DNA of 64,000 nucleotides from an uncultured delta proteobacterium (GTDB lineage: Bacteria; Myxococcota_A; Polyangia; Polyangiales; Houyiibacteriaceae), in NCBI GenBank assembly GCA_963792825.1, contig CAWBXS010000001.1, forward strand, positions 47,436 to 111,435. Direction: 5' to 3'. Position 1 is the first letter of the stretch. Each line of letters starts with the position of its first letter. Below are positions 9,816 to 19,612 of this stretch, in pieces. The position numbers and the translations under genes were made by a program. The notes under the pieces were generated by a model. The model was given only the letters and a program-made list of their open reading frames with translations. It was not told the origin of the DNA and searched no databases.

Positions 9816-11808
9816 GCTGAAGTCTGCACTCGATGCGTCGGAGCTGCTCCTGCTCCCAGCGACCGAGCTCACTCCGGAGACTCTGCTGCGCCCGCCGGCT
9901 AGACCCGTCGCCGCCGGTGTTCTCATCGAGGCCTAAGTGATCGTCGAAGAACGCGGTGGTGTCGGACCCCCGGTGATGTATCAAACGATAGGGACCCCGG
10001 GTGATCGCCCCCTTCGGCTCGTAGCTCTCGCTCGACACACGAATTCCCCGCAACCGGGCCCGAATCGATGCATCGTCGAAGCGGGAGAGCCGAAAGGTCT
10101 CGAAGAGCTCGCGACCGCGTACCGGGAAAGCCTCCGAAAACGTGGGCCGATCCGCTAGGTGTCGATCGAGCGTGAAGAGGCTCTGCGCAGCGACGTCGGA
10201 GGGCATGGGGAGACCTAGGAAGTGCAAGACCGTCGGCGCAACATCGGCGAGACTGACGCCCACCCTGGGTTCGGCCGCGGCAAGGCCGGCGTGCCAGAGC
10301 ACCAACGGCACGTCGATCATCCAGGCATCCAAGTAAACGTGATGTCCGAAGTAGGACCGCTCGCCCAACGCCTCACCGTGATCCGAAAAGAAGACGACCA
10401 GGGTGTCATCGAGCCATCCGTCCTCTTGCAAATAGGCCAGGAGGCGCCCGAGCTCGTGGTCGAAGTAGGCTACCTCGCTCAGGTATGTGTTCTTCGCTCC
10501 TCTACCGAACGGAAACGCGCGTCGCGATTGGTAGGGCTCGTGTGGAGCGTAGTAGTGGATCCACGCCATGACCGAAGCGTCATCGGCTCGCGCGTCGCGA
10601 AGACGCGCGATCAACGCATCGGTCGCACCAGCGTCCGTCGGGGCGAACGTGATGTCGACCCCGGCCGCGAGGAACTGTTCGACGATCGGAAGACGGAACC
10701 AGCTGACGTCGGGCAGCACCGCGAGCTGCTGGTCGACGCGGCCTCGGGAGCGGGTGAAGATCGTGTCCGGTAGTGCGGGGGAAAGATACAGCTCCGCAGG
10801 GCTCAGGCCGGTGAACGCGCTGCCGACCGCGAACAAGGTGGCCGGATAGGTCGACGTGGCATGTGCGAAATAGACCCCGGTCTTGGCGAGGCGCGACAGC
10901 TCCGGGGTGACGGGCTTACCTTCCACCTGCAGGCCCACGACGTCCTTTCGAAGGGCGTCGACCGTGATGATGACCACGTTGCGGCGGCCATCGGGGCCGA
11001 TGCCAATCGCGGACTGCTCGACCAACAGCTTCGGCTCCGCGCATGTCTTCGTGGTTGCCGAAAACGCCACCTCGCGGACGCGATGGGGCAGCACGTAGAG
11101 ACTTGCCAATGCGCCCGCGCGGCTGTGGGCGATCACCTCGCGCTGACCGGTCGCGACCCAGCGGCGATTGAAGCGTGATCCCAGGGCAAAGACGACACAC
11201 GCCACCGCAGCCATGAGCGCGACCACTCGCCATGACGACTTACGCACGAGCAGATGGACGATCGCACTGCACAGAACGCCGGCCGGGAAGACGAGCTGCG
11301 CCATGGAGGAGTCGTATGCGCGATAGTGCAGCATCACGCCGGCGAGCAGCGCGACCGCAGTCATCGTCAGCACGGCCCAGACCGCCACCTGGCTCCTCCC
11401 TTCGCTGCGCATACCGGAGATCAGCCACCACCAGCCTCCTCCGCCGAGCAGCCCCAATCCGCAGACCATTGCCAGACGAGCCATCGCGCGCCGCGGGTGA
11501 AACATCCAGTGGGGCCCCGAGAGCAGGAAGTCCGCGTGTTCCCAGCCGATGGCGGCCGTCAACAGGGCTACGGCCGACAGCGAAGCCACCATCACGGCTT
11601 TCGAGGCTCCGGAGGCTCGAGACGCGGCCGCAAGGACCAATGTGGTCGGGATCGAGCCGATCAACGCGAGCCACGACAGCTGTGCGAGGAGCTCGACCGA
11701 GACCGAGTCCCCCACGAGCAGGCCGGCAATCAGAAACGACGCGCAACCCAGGTAGGCACAGACCCACAGAGTCAGCGCCGAAGCCAAAGGCTTATCGGAC
11801 ATCGACAT
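9778..11808 (-). CDS. Membrane-anchored sulfatase-like hydrolase/transferase
   Basis: About 7 N-terminal TM helices, then RNVVIITVDALRKD, TPELSRLA, ATLFAVGSAFTG (Thr type, no CxPxR), WIHYYAPHEPY and FSDHGE. Confidence 0.82.
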   Translation of the reverse strand: MSMSDKPLASALTLWVCAYLGCASFLIAGLLVGDSVSVELLAQLSWLALIGSIPTTLVLAAASRASGASKAVMVASLSAVALLTAAIGWEHADFLLSGPHWMFHPRRAMARLAMVCGLGLLGGGGWWWLISGMRSEGRSQVAVWAVLTMTAVALLAGVMLHYRAYDSSMAQLVFPAGVLCSAIVHLLVRKSSWRVVALMAAVACVVFALGSRFNRRWVATGQREVIAHSRAGALASLYVLPHRVREVAFSATTKTCAEPKLLVEQSAIGIGPDGRRNVVIITVDALRKDVVGLQVEGKPVTPELSRLAKTGVYFAHATSTYPATLFAVGSAFTGLSPAELYLSPALPDTIFTRSRGRVDQQLAVLPDVSWFRLPIVEQFLAAGVDITFAPTDAGATDALIARLRDARADDASVMAWIHYYAPHEPYQSRRAFPFGRGAKNTYLSEVAYFDHELGRLLAYLQEDGWLDDTLVVFFSDHGEALGERSYFGHHVYLDAWMIDVPLVLWHAGLAAAEPRVGVSLADVAPTVLHFLGLPMPSDVAAQSLFTLDRHLADRPTFSEAFPVRGRELFETFRLSRFDDASIRARLRGIRVSSESYEPKGAITRGPYRLIHHRGSDTTAFFDDHLGLDENTGGDGSSRRAQQSLRSELGRWEQEQLRRIECRLQLSEDRVTTPHLE

Positions 11809-13498
11809 CTGCGATCTTCTCGTCGAGTGCCTGCTCGGCCGCGATGACGCGGGTCGCTCTCACCGGGGGCTCGAAGGAGCTGTGAAAGAGCCACCAACGA
11901 AAATTGGAGGAAACTGGGGTCAGTCGCCAGACCTCGATGTCGCGAGTCTCGCGTCGGAGATCGATCATGAAGTAGTCGCCGAACTGACGATACGGATGGC
12001 GCGAGGCGAACGCGGCTCGCTCGTCTTCCGTGAACGCATCGACCGCTGCAACGAAAACCCACCCTGTCGCTCCCTCGTCGTTTGGGATTTCGGCTCGAGG
12101 GTTCTGTGCCCAACGATGAGTGACGCGGTCCAGAGTGATGTCGAACCGAGGCTCGAGACGAAGCGGTTTGAGGCTCGTGTGGAGCTGCACTCCGGTATCT
12201 CGGTCCGTCCAGGCTTCGAGGCGCCGGGCGAGACGAAGCTCTGGTCTTCCCGAATCGTAGGCCTCGATCGTGCCGCGCACCGGAGTGAAGAACCACATCG
12301 ACCCGCCGACGCGGCGCCCTTCGGGAATGATCTGTGCGGCGCGCACTGCCAACGGAACGAGGAGCAGGAATACGCTGAACCCGACGAGAGCACCCGCCCG
12401 CTCCCGAAGCCATCGCGCCATGGCGAAGAGCGTCACCGGGACAGCGATGGCCACCGTCGGAAGGAGGGGCCAGGCCCAATACGAATGAACGATGGCGCTC
12501 CACCGAAAGGTCCAATAGTGAACCAACCCAGCCACCAGAAATGACACCGGGACCAAGTCGCGCGTTCGCGCCGTGCCACGCACCGCTCGAACGGCCCACG
12601 TCCCAAACCATGCCCCGCAAAGGCCTAGGACGGGCAGAGTGAACATCAGCTCCGGAACCACCAACAGGTGCGTTCGAAAGCGCTCCCACGAAAGCGCGCG
12701 CCGTGCGTTGAACGCCCCGGCCAACTCGTCGAGATTTCCGGTGAGGACTTCCACCAACACGAAGTGGCCTGCGAAAAGCACCAACACCCAAAGACAGAAC
12801 ATTCCCAGCTGCACCGCCGACCCGCTTGGGGGCTTGGCGGCGCTCCGCCGGACGAGCGCCGAGGTCCAGTGCACGGCGATGCAAAAGGCGACGTAGTATG
12901 CGGGCCAGTCCCACATGGCCGCCATGGCGAAGGCCAAGAAGAACAGTGCTAGCTTCGGGGGGCTCCAAGGCGGAGCGCGGCTCGCTTGGACGTACAGGTA
13001 GAGCGTCAGCAAGCTCCAGAAGATGAATCCAGCCGAATGGTTGGCCATGTTCGTGTAAATCGCGTTGATCGGAAGGACGACGTAGACGGCCGATGCGGCG
13101 AGGGCGTGCGCGTCATCCCAGAGCCTTCTGACCACGGCAAAGAGCATGCAGAGGGCCGCCACACTCCAGAACGCAGCGACCAGTCGGATCGAAAGCTCGC
13201 TGTCGCCGAACAGCTTCACGCTGGCGACGTCGTGTAGGTGCAATGCCAGGGGGGCGTGGGTGTAGAGCTCGTCTTGACTCGGCGGCACGTTTGCGGTGTC
13301 GTACTGGAGCGGAAACAACACGCCCCATCGCAAGGTGTTGCGTGCGGCGTTCTGATACGCGGCGCCATTCCAACCGTTGTGACCGCGGGTCCACTGGTCG
13401 GCGATTCCCCAGACCCCGAGAAAGATCTGGAGCGCGAGCACTGCGGCGAAGGCGATGCGAAACGGCTTCCGCGTGCCGCCGGCGCGATCAGGGCTCAT
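11792..13498 (-). CDS. GT-C fold glycosyltransferase (ArnT/PMT_2, GT39/83-like)
   Basis: Multi-TM protein with a luminal loop (GHNGWNGAAYQNAARN...YTHAPL), ELSIRLV, ALAASAVYVVLP and WDWPAY, plus a soluble C-terminal domain. Confidence 0.75.
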   Translation of the reverse strand: MSPDRAGGTRKPFRIAFAAVLALQIFLGVWGIADQWTRGHNGWNGAAYQNAARNTLRWGVLFPLQYDTANVPPSQDELYTHAPLALHLHDVASVKLFGDSELSIRLVAAFWSVAALCMLFAVVRRLWDDAHALAASAVYVVLPINAIYTNMANHSAGFIFWSLLTLYLYVQASRAPPWSPPKLALFFLAFAMAAMWDWPAYYVAFCIAVHWTSALVRRSAAKPPSGSAVQLGMFCLWVLVLFAGHFVLVEVLTGNLDELAGAFNARRALSWERFRTHLLVVPELMFTLPVLGLCGAWFGTWAVRAVRGTARTRDLVPVSFLVAGLVHYWTFRWSAIVHSYWAWPLLPTVAIAVPVTLFAMARWLRERAGALVGFSVFLLLVPLAVRAAQIIPEGRRVGGSMWFFTPVRGTIEAYDSGRPELRLARRLEAWTDRDTGVQLHTSLKPLRLEPRFDITLDRVTHRWAQNPRAEIPNDEGATGWVFVAAVDAFTEDERAAFASRHPYRQFGDYFMIDLRRETRDIEVWRLTPVSSNFRWWLFHSSFEPPVRATRVIAAEQALDEKIADVDVR

Positions 13499-13531
13499 GC
13501 CGGGGCAGTATGGCCGCTGACACCGACTCCG

Positions 13532-15145
13532 TCAGCTTTCGAGAAGACGTCGGGCGACGACGTGCGCCTGAATTTCGTTTGCGCCCTCGAAGATGCTGAG
13601 CACTCGTGAATCCACCAACAGACGCGACGCTGTGTATTCCTCCGCGTAACCGTTGCCACCGTGGATTTGCACGTTCGCGTCGGAGGCCTCCCAGGCAGCT
13701 CGGGTCGCAAGGAGCTTGGCCATCCCGGCTTCGAGGTCGCAGCGCTTGTCTTCGTCCTTCTCACGGGCACTGAAATAGGTGAGCTGCCGGGCGGCTTCGA
13801 TTCGCACGACCATTCGGCCGATCTTTCGAGCGACCCGCGGGAACTGAAAGATGGGCCCACCGAACTGCTCTCTCTCGGTTGCGTACAAGATCGCGTCCTC
13901 GAGCGCTGCTTGTGCGAGGCCCACGCCCCGTGCTGCCGTTTGAATCCGAGCGCTCTCGAACGTGCGCATGAGCTGCTTGAATCCCGCGCCCTCCTCGCCG
14001 CCGAGAAGGGCGTGTCCTGGAAGCTCGAAGTCCTCGAAGCTCAGCTCGTACTCCTTCATCCCGCGGTAACCGAGAACCTTGATTTCGGTGCCGGTGAGTC
14101 CTTTGTCGACGAACTCGGGTCCGCCGTCTTCGCCGGTCAGGCGCGTCTTTTCGGCGAGGAACATCGAAAGTCCCTCGTAGCCGGGCTCGTCTGCATTGGT
14201 CCGCGCGAGAAGCGTCATCAGGTCTGCGCGCACCGCATGGGTGATCCATGTCTTTTGACCATTGACCACGTAGCTTCCATCCGGCTGCTTGGTCGCCCGC
14301 GTCCCGAGGTGCGCGAGGTCGGATCCGATGTTGGGCTCGGTGAAGACCGCCGTGGGGAGGACTTCCCCGGCAGCGATCATGGGAAGCCACTTCTGCTTTT
14401 GCTCCTCGGTGCCACCACCCATGATCAGCTCGGCTGCGATTTCGGCGCGGGTTCCGAGTGAGCCTACGCCGATGTAGCCGCGCGACAGCTCCTCGGTGAC
14501 GACGCACATCGCCACCTTGGTCATCCCGAGCCCGCCGTACTCCTCCGGAATCGTGAGGCCGAACACGCCGAGCTCGCTCATCTGGTCGACGATGTCCATC
14601 GGAATCAGGACGTCCCTTCGGTGGATGTCCTGGGCCTTTGGAATGACCTCGACGTCGACGAACCTCGAAAACTGTGCTCGGATCTCCTCGAGCATCTCCT
14701 CACCGAAGCCTCGGTTCGGAAACCCGTGGTCTCGGGCATGCGCGGCGAGCTCCAGGTAAACCTTCCCGCTCGCGTGCTCGGTCGAAAAGGCGACGATTTC
14801 CGGACGCAGCAAAGTTTCGAGCAGGTCCGGCTCGGTGATGCCGAGCTCACCGAGTGAGATGTTTTCACAAGGGCCGAGGTCGACCCCTCCGACGAGCGCG
14901 CGAGCAACTTCGCCGACGTAGGCCCGAGCGACCTTGCCCTCCAAGTCTCCGCCGACGCGGTCCGCCCATGCGGTTAATTGCCGACAAGCTTCGAGCTCGG
15001 TCGCCAGATAAGAGACGGCATGAGCAGCGAGCTGGTGTTGGTTGAGCTTGGCGCCGCTGACCCGGCCACCCGTCGAGACGAGCGTTTTGACGTTGTCGTG
15101 TGCGCGCCTGTAGACCCCTTCGATGGCTTCGATGACTTTTTGCAT
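13532..15145 (-). CDS. mcd: (2S)-methylsuccinyl-CoA dehydrogenase (acyl-CoA dehydrogenase with N-terminal extension)
   Basis: True start MQKVIEAIEG at 15145, 8 nt after the ccr stop. Motifs LPTAVFTEPNIGSDL, GQKTWIT, GYRGMKEYEL, FESARIQTAARG, QIHGGNGYA and IFEGANEIQ. Lies in the ecm/ccr operon. Confidence 0.85.
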   Translation of the reverse strand: MQKVIEAIEGVYRRAHDNVKTLVSTGGRVSGAKLNQHQLAAHAVSYLATELEACRQLTAWADRVGGDLEGKVARAYVGEVARALVGGVDLGPCENISLGELGITEPDLLETLLRPEIVAFSTEHASGKVYLELAAHARDHGFPNRGFGEEMLEEIRAQFSRFVDVEVIPKAQDIHRRDVLIPMDIVDQMSELGVFGLTIPEEYGGLGMTKVAMCVVTEELSRGYIGVGSLGTRAEIAAELIMGGGTEEQKQKWLPMIAAGEVLPTAVFTEPNIGSDLAHLGTRATKQPDGSYVVNGQKTWITHAVRADLMTLLARTNADEPGYEGLSMFLAEKTRLTGEDGGPEFVDKGLTGTEIKVLGYRGMKEYELSFEDFELPGHALLGGEEGAGFKQLMRTFESARIQTAARGVGLAQAALEDAILYATEREQFGGPIFQFPRVARKIGRMVVRIEAARQLTYFSAREKDEDKRCDLEAGMAKLLATRAAWEASDANVQIHGGNGYAEEYTASRLLVDSRVLSIFEGANEIQAHVVARRLLES

Positions 15146-15153
15146 GGCTGCTC

Positions 15154-16374
15154 TTAGCCTTTCGCGATCGCCGAGCGGGTTTCTTCGAGGTTCTTCAACC
15201 CGGGTCGCGGCGCGCCGACCAGGCAAGCGACCGTACCGTGAAGCTTGTTCTCGTACATGAGCTGATGGGCCTCTGGGATTTGCTCCCAAGTGAAGAGACG
15301 CGTCATGACCGGCTGGATCTTGTTCTGGATCACCAGGCGATTCGCGCGGCGCGCGGAATCCGCATCCGCGAAGTGAGAGCCGATGATCTTCTTTTGGCGC
15401 ATCCAGAGGTGACGCACGTCGAACGTGAGGTTGTAGCCGGTCGTCGCTCCGCAGATCACGATGCGCCCGTACTTCGATGCGAGAAACACGCTGGCGGGGA
15501 AGGTGGCTTTGCCGACGTGCTCGAACACGACGTCCGGCCCCTTGCGCTCGCCGAGGATCTCCCAGATTCGCTTCCCAAACCCCTTGAGTGCGTCGCCATG
15601 GGCCTTTTGCTCCCCGGGCGTCATGTCGTCCTTGTATTGGAGAGCGGGAAAGTCCTTGCGGTTGATCACCCCGTGCGCGCCGAGCTGCATCGCGAGCTCT
15701 GCCTTGTCGTCGCTCGAGACCACCGCAATCGCCCGCGCGCCCATCACTTTGCAGAGCTGTATCGCGAACACCCCGAGGCCCCCGCCGGCGCCCCATACCA
15801 GGACATCCTCGCCGGGCTCGAGGCGGGCGCGGTCGACGAGCATCCGGTGGGCAGTGTAGTACGTGAGGCCGTAGCTCGCGGCCTCTTCCCAGCTCAGGTG
15901 TGCCGGCTTTGGAAGCACCTGCTGTCCCTGGACCCTCGTGAACTGCGCGAAAGAGCCGTCGGGGGTTTCGTAGCCCCAAATCGTCTGCATGTCGTCGGTG
16001 CCTGGGTTGACGAGATGGTTGCAGTGCAGCACCACCTCGTCGCCGACCTTGTGATCGTGGACCCCCGGTCCGATCGCCCAGATGACGCCCGACGCATCGG
16101 AGCCGGCGATGTGGTACTCGAGGCCGTGCCCCTTGAGGATGTTGACCGGCTCGCCGAGCCCAGCCCAGATACCGTTGAAGTTCACGCCCGCGGCCATCAC
16201 TTGAACCAGCACCTCGCCCGGGCCGAGATCCCAAACCGGCACCTCCTCGGGTTGGAATGATTTCTTCGGCTCGCCGAAACGTTCGGGCCGGATCACGTAG
16301 GCGTGCATCTTGCTCGGCACGGCGCCGAGCTCTGGGACTTGACCGATCGGTATGATGTTTGGACCTTTACTCAT
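15154..16374 (-). CDS. ccr: Crotonyl-CoA carboxylase/reductase (ECR family)
   Basis: VMAAGVNFNGIWA, HIAGSDASG, IWGYETPDGSFAQF, GAGGGLG, VFEHVG and WMRQKKIIGSHFA. Confidence 0.92.
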   Translation of the reverse strand: MSKGPNIIPIGQVPELGAVPSKMHAYVIRPERFGEPKKSFQPEEVPVWDLGPGEVLVQVMAAGVNFNGIWAGLGEPVNILKGHGLEYHIAGSDASGVIWAIGPGVHDHKVGDEVVLHCNHLVNPGTDDMQTIWGYETPDGSFAQFTRVQGQQVLPKPAHLSWEEAASYGLTYYTAHRMLVDRARLEPGEDVLVWGAGGGLGVFAIQLCKVMGARAIAVVSSDDKAELAMQLGAHGVINRKDFPALQYKDDMTPGEQKAHGDALKGFGKRIWEILGERKGPDVVFEHVGKATFPASVFLASKYGRIVICGATTGYNLTFDVRHLWMRQKKIIGSHFADADSARRANRLVIQNKIQPVMTRLFTWEQIPEAHQLMYENKLHGTVACLVGAPRPGLKNLEETRSAIAKG

Positions 16375-17386
16375 CTCTTCCTCGTGGTGTCTTGCCGAGC
16401 GTCTTTAGATAGTCTCGACTCAAGCGATCGCAAAGACTCAGGGGCGTTTCGCCGCCGTCGAGCTCTCGTTCCGTGCGGGCGCGCACCTCTTCTAGCCCTC
16501 CTAGGGTCGAAACGCCGTGCTCGCCATGCTTGCGGCTGAAAAGATCGAGGGCCCACTGGACCTCGCCCCGGCGTCGACGCGCCGCGAGCGTCGGCGCCAG
16601 ATGCTGCCTATGCCGCTCGAGGGCATCGGCGAGCGCATCGATTCCCATGCCTTTGGTTGCGCTGGTCGCAAGAATCGGGGTCTCCCAATCAGAGTCCTGG
16701 GCCCCGGCTCCGACCGCATGGGCGGTCCGGACGGCCCCCCTCAGGTCGGCGACCGCACGCTCCGCGAGCTCGTTGTGATCCGCTTTGTTGACGACGAGGA
16801 TGTCGGGGATTTCCATGATGCCGGCTTTGAGAAACTGGAGCACGTCGCCGCTTCCTGGCTGGATCACGAGCACCACGGTGTCGGCGACATGGACGACATC
16901 AATCTCCGACTGGCCTACTCCAGTCGTTTCCACGACGACCATGTCATAGGCGGCGGCCAAAACCCGGACGGCCGAATTTGCGGCATAGGCGAGGCCGCCG
17001 ACTTCACCGGCGGTTGCGAGGGAGCGGACGAAGAGCCCTGTGTCCGAGGGGTCGAAGCTCATGCGCGCGCGATCCCCGAGCAAGGACCCGCCCGACTGCA
17101 CACTCGATGGATCGACGGCGACGACCCCGACCGTGCGACCTCGACTCCGGACGGCCCGCGCGAGCACCGAAGTCAGCGTGCTTTTTCCAACGCCTGGGGG
17201 GCCGGTGAGCCCGACCCGATGACCCCCCGCCGCCTTGGGAGCGTCTCTGAGGCTCGCGAGCAATTCGGTCACGCGTGCCTGAGATTCCTGACGTCGATCC
17301 TCGACGAGGTTCAAGGCACGTGAAACGGCCGTCTTGTCCGCGGACATCACGCGCCTTGCGTCGTCGGCGAGATCACTCGGCGGCAT
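16367..17386 (-). CDS. meaB: MeaB/ArgK-type GTPase chaperone of B12-dependent acyl-CoA mutases
   Basis: GLTGPPGVGKST, VDPSS...GGSLLGDRARM, VETTGVGQSE, QFLKAGIMEI and NKAD. Overlaps both ecm and ccr. Confidence 0.93.
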   Translation of the reverse strand: MPPSDLADDARRVMSADKTAVSRALNLVEDRRQESQARVTELLASLRDAPKAAGGHRVGLTGPPGVGKSTLTSVLARAVRSRGRTVGVVAVDPSSVQSGGSLLGDRARMSFDPSDTGLFVRSLATAGEVGGLAYAANSAVRVLAAAYDMVVVETTGVGQSEIDVVHVADTVVLVIQPGSGDVLQFLKAGIMEIPDILVVNKADHNELAERAVADLRGAVRTAHAVGAGAQDSDWETPILATSATKGMGIDALADALERHRQHLAPTLAARRRRGEVQWALDLFSRKHGEHGVSTLGGLEEVRARTERELDGGETPLSLCDRLSRDYLKTLGKTPRGRDE

Positions 17387-19379
17387 GCTGGCGGTCCACC
17401 AGATCGATCAGCTCGCTCATGATGTGATCGAGCTCGAAATCCTTCGGCGTGTAGACCGCGGCGACTCCTTCACGTCGAAGCCGCTCGGCATCAGCGTCGG
17501 GAATGATGCCGCCGACGACCAGCGGAACGTCGCCGAGCCCTGCATCCCGAAGGCGCTGCGCCACTTCGGGGACGAGCGCGAGATGGGAACCGCTGAGGAT
17601 GCTCAGGCCGATCAGATGAACCCCTTCCTCGAGCGCGGAGGCTACAATCTGTTCCGGAGACACGCGAATTCCTTCGTAGACGACGTCGAAGCCGACATCG
17701 CGAGCCTTGATCGCGATTTGCTCTGCGCCGTTCGAGTGGCCATCGAGGCCTGGCTTGCCCACCAGAAGCTTCGGCCGTCGGCCCATCCGGGCCTCGAGCT
17801 CGTTCAATCGCTGCCGCAGCCGCGCGACCGTGGCCGCCGACGCTCCGGACCCCGTCGTCTTCACGCTCGCGCCAGCGACGCCCGTGGGCGCGCGGTACTC
17901 GCCCCACACCTCGCGAAGAGTATTTGCCCATTCGCCAGTCGTGACCCCCGCGTGGGCCGCTGCGATGGACGGGATCATCATGTTCTCGTTGGTTTTCGCA
18001 ACCTGCCGCAACTCTGCGAGGGCACGGCCCACCGCCGCATTGTCCCGCTCTTTCTTCCACCGTGCGAGGGCGGTGCGCTGATGCGCGTCTACCTCGGGGT
18101 CGACCGTGAGAATCGCCTCGTCGAGGTTTTCGGTGAGCGGCGAGGGCTCACCCTCGATGAACTTGTTGACCCCGACGACGATCTGCTCACCGCTCTCAAT
18201 CGCGCGAAGCCGAGCGGCGTTCGACTCGACGAGCTTCTGTTTGATGTAACCGCTTTCGACCGCTTCGATCGCTCCGCCGCGTTTGAGCACCTCTTGGACC
18301 TCTGCCCAAGCCGACTCGGCGAGCCGTTTGGTTTGCTTCTCGACGACGACGCTGCCTTCGAAGAGGTCTCCGTACTCGAGCAGGTCGGTCTCGTAGGCCA
18401 AGATCTGCTGGGCACGCAGCGACCATTGCTGGTCCCAGGGGCGTGGAAGACCGAGCGCCTCGTTCCATGCGGGAAGTTGAATCGCGCGGGCCCGGGCGTC
18501 CTTGCTGAGGGTCACTGCCAGCATCTCGAGAACGATTCGGATGATGTTGTTCTCGGGTTGCTGCTCGGTCAGACCGAGAGAATTGACCTGAATGCCGTAA
18601 CGGAAACGTCGCTGCTTCGCGTCGGTGATGCGGTAGCGCTCTCGGGCGACCCGGTCCCACAGCTCGACGAAGGCGCGCATCTTGCACATTTCCTCGACGA
18701 ACCGAATGCCCGCGTTCACGAAGAAGCTCATTCGCCCGACGACCTTGCCAAACTCGCTGTCCGGAACGCGACCCGTCGCCTTGACGGCGTCGAGGACGCC
18801 GATCGCCGTGACGAGGGCGTATGCGAGCTCCTGTGTCGGCGTCGCGCCGGCTTCTTGGAGGTGGTAGCTACAGATGTTGATGGGGTTCCATTTCGGAGCT
18901 TTGTCGACCGTGTAGGTGATCAAGTCGGTGGTCAGCCTCATCGACGCTGCAGGTGGAAAGATGTGGGTGCCGCGCGACAGGTATTCTTTGATGATGTCGT
19001 TCTGAGTCGTGCCGAGAAGAACACTCGGGTCGATTCCCTGCTCCTCGGCGACCGCCACGTAGAGCGAGAGCAACCAGACCGCGGTTGCATTGATCGTCAT
19101 CGACGTGTTCATTTGGTCGAGAGGCAGGCCGTCGAACAGAGCGCGCATGTCCCCGATGTGCGAAACAGGCGTTCCGACCTTGCCCACCTCGCCGCGGGCG
19201 AGCGGATCGTCGGCGTCGTAGCCGGTCTGGGTCGGCAGATCGAAGGCCACGCTGAGGCCGGTCTGCCCCTTCGCGAGGTTGGTGCGATAGAGCTCGTTCG
19301 ATGCCGCTGCCGTGCTGTGGCCCGCGTAGGTCCGCATGATCCAGGGCTTGTCGCGCTCCCGCTTACCGTACTCCGCCAT
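17373..19379 (-). CDS. ecm: Ethylmalonyl-CoA mutase (B12-dependent, MeaA/Ecm)
   Basis: Start MAEYGKRERDKPWIMRTYAGHS at 19379. RTYAGHS and QVNSLGLT are Ecm-type signatures, whereas MCM has RQYAGF. C-terminal B12-binding motif KPGLDGHSNG. Confidence 0.92.
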   Translation of the reverse strand: MAEYGKRERDKPWIMRTYAGHSTAAASNELYRTNLAKGQTGLSVAFDLPTQTGYDADDPLARGEVGKVGTPVSHIGDMRALFDGLPLDQMNTSMTINATAVWLLSLYVAVAEEQGIDPSVLLGTTQNDIIKEYLSRGTHIFPPAASMRLTTDLITYTVDKAPKWNPINICSYHLQEAGATPTQELAYALVTAIGVLDAVKATGRVPDSEFGKVVGRMSFFVNAGIRFVEEMCKMRAFVELWDRVARERYRITDAKQRRFRYGIQVNSLGLTEQQPENNIIRIVLEMLAVTLSKDARARAIQLPAWNEALGLPRPWDQQWSLRAQQILAYETDLLEYGDLFEGSVVVEKQTKRLAESAWAEVQEVLKRGGAIEAVESGYIKQKLVESNAARLRAIESGEQIVVGVNKFIEGEPSPLTENLDEAILTVDPEVDAHQRTALARWKKERDNAAVGRALAELRQVAKTNENMMIPSIAAAHAGVTTGEWANTLREVWGEYRAPTGVAGASVKTTGSGASAATVARLRQRLNELEARMGRRPKLLVGKPGLDGHSNGAEQIAIKARDVGFDVVYEGIRVSPEQIVASALEEGVHLIGLSILSGSHLALVPEVAQRLRDAGLGDVPLVVGGIIPDADAERLRREGVAAVYTPKDFELDHIMSELIDLVDRQHAAE

Positions 19380-19477
19380 TCGCCGGTCCTTTCCTGTGCG
19401 ATTCGCCCGAGGGGCCAAGAGCGTAGCTCGTTTTCACCATCGCCTGCGATCCGGCGCTCGCGACCGTTGCGGCGCTC

Positions 19478-19604
19478 TTTACAGCTTCACAAAGTCTAGC
19501 CGGACTCACCTCGATTATCATAGCGCCGTGAAGGGTCAAGCGGTTGAGAAACCCGGGTTTTGGTTGGTTCTTCGCCCTGGTGGATCTTGTAAATTTACGG
19601 TAAA
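19478..19604. promoter_or_regulatory. Candidate ScfR-family operator motifs in the ecm/scfR divergent intergenic region
   Basis: TTTACAGC-TTCACAAA at 19478-19493 and CTTGTAAATTTACGGTAAA at 19586-19604 (overlapping palindromes GTAAATTTAC and TTTACGGTAAA). These AT-rich islands resemble the TTTGCAAA half-site of PccR/PrpR/RamB. Confidence 0.45.
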
Positions 19605-19612
19605 TAGCCGGA

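Noticed and set aside
13532-16234. The 900-aa ORF suggesting a Ccr-Mcd fusion or frameshift product
   Set aside because: The first ~360 residues are Arg/Gly/Pro-rich off-frame translation of ccr. ccr has its own stop at 15154 and mcd its own ATG 8 nt later. I saw no slippery site, and long open alternate frames are common at this GC content.
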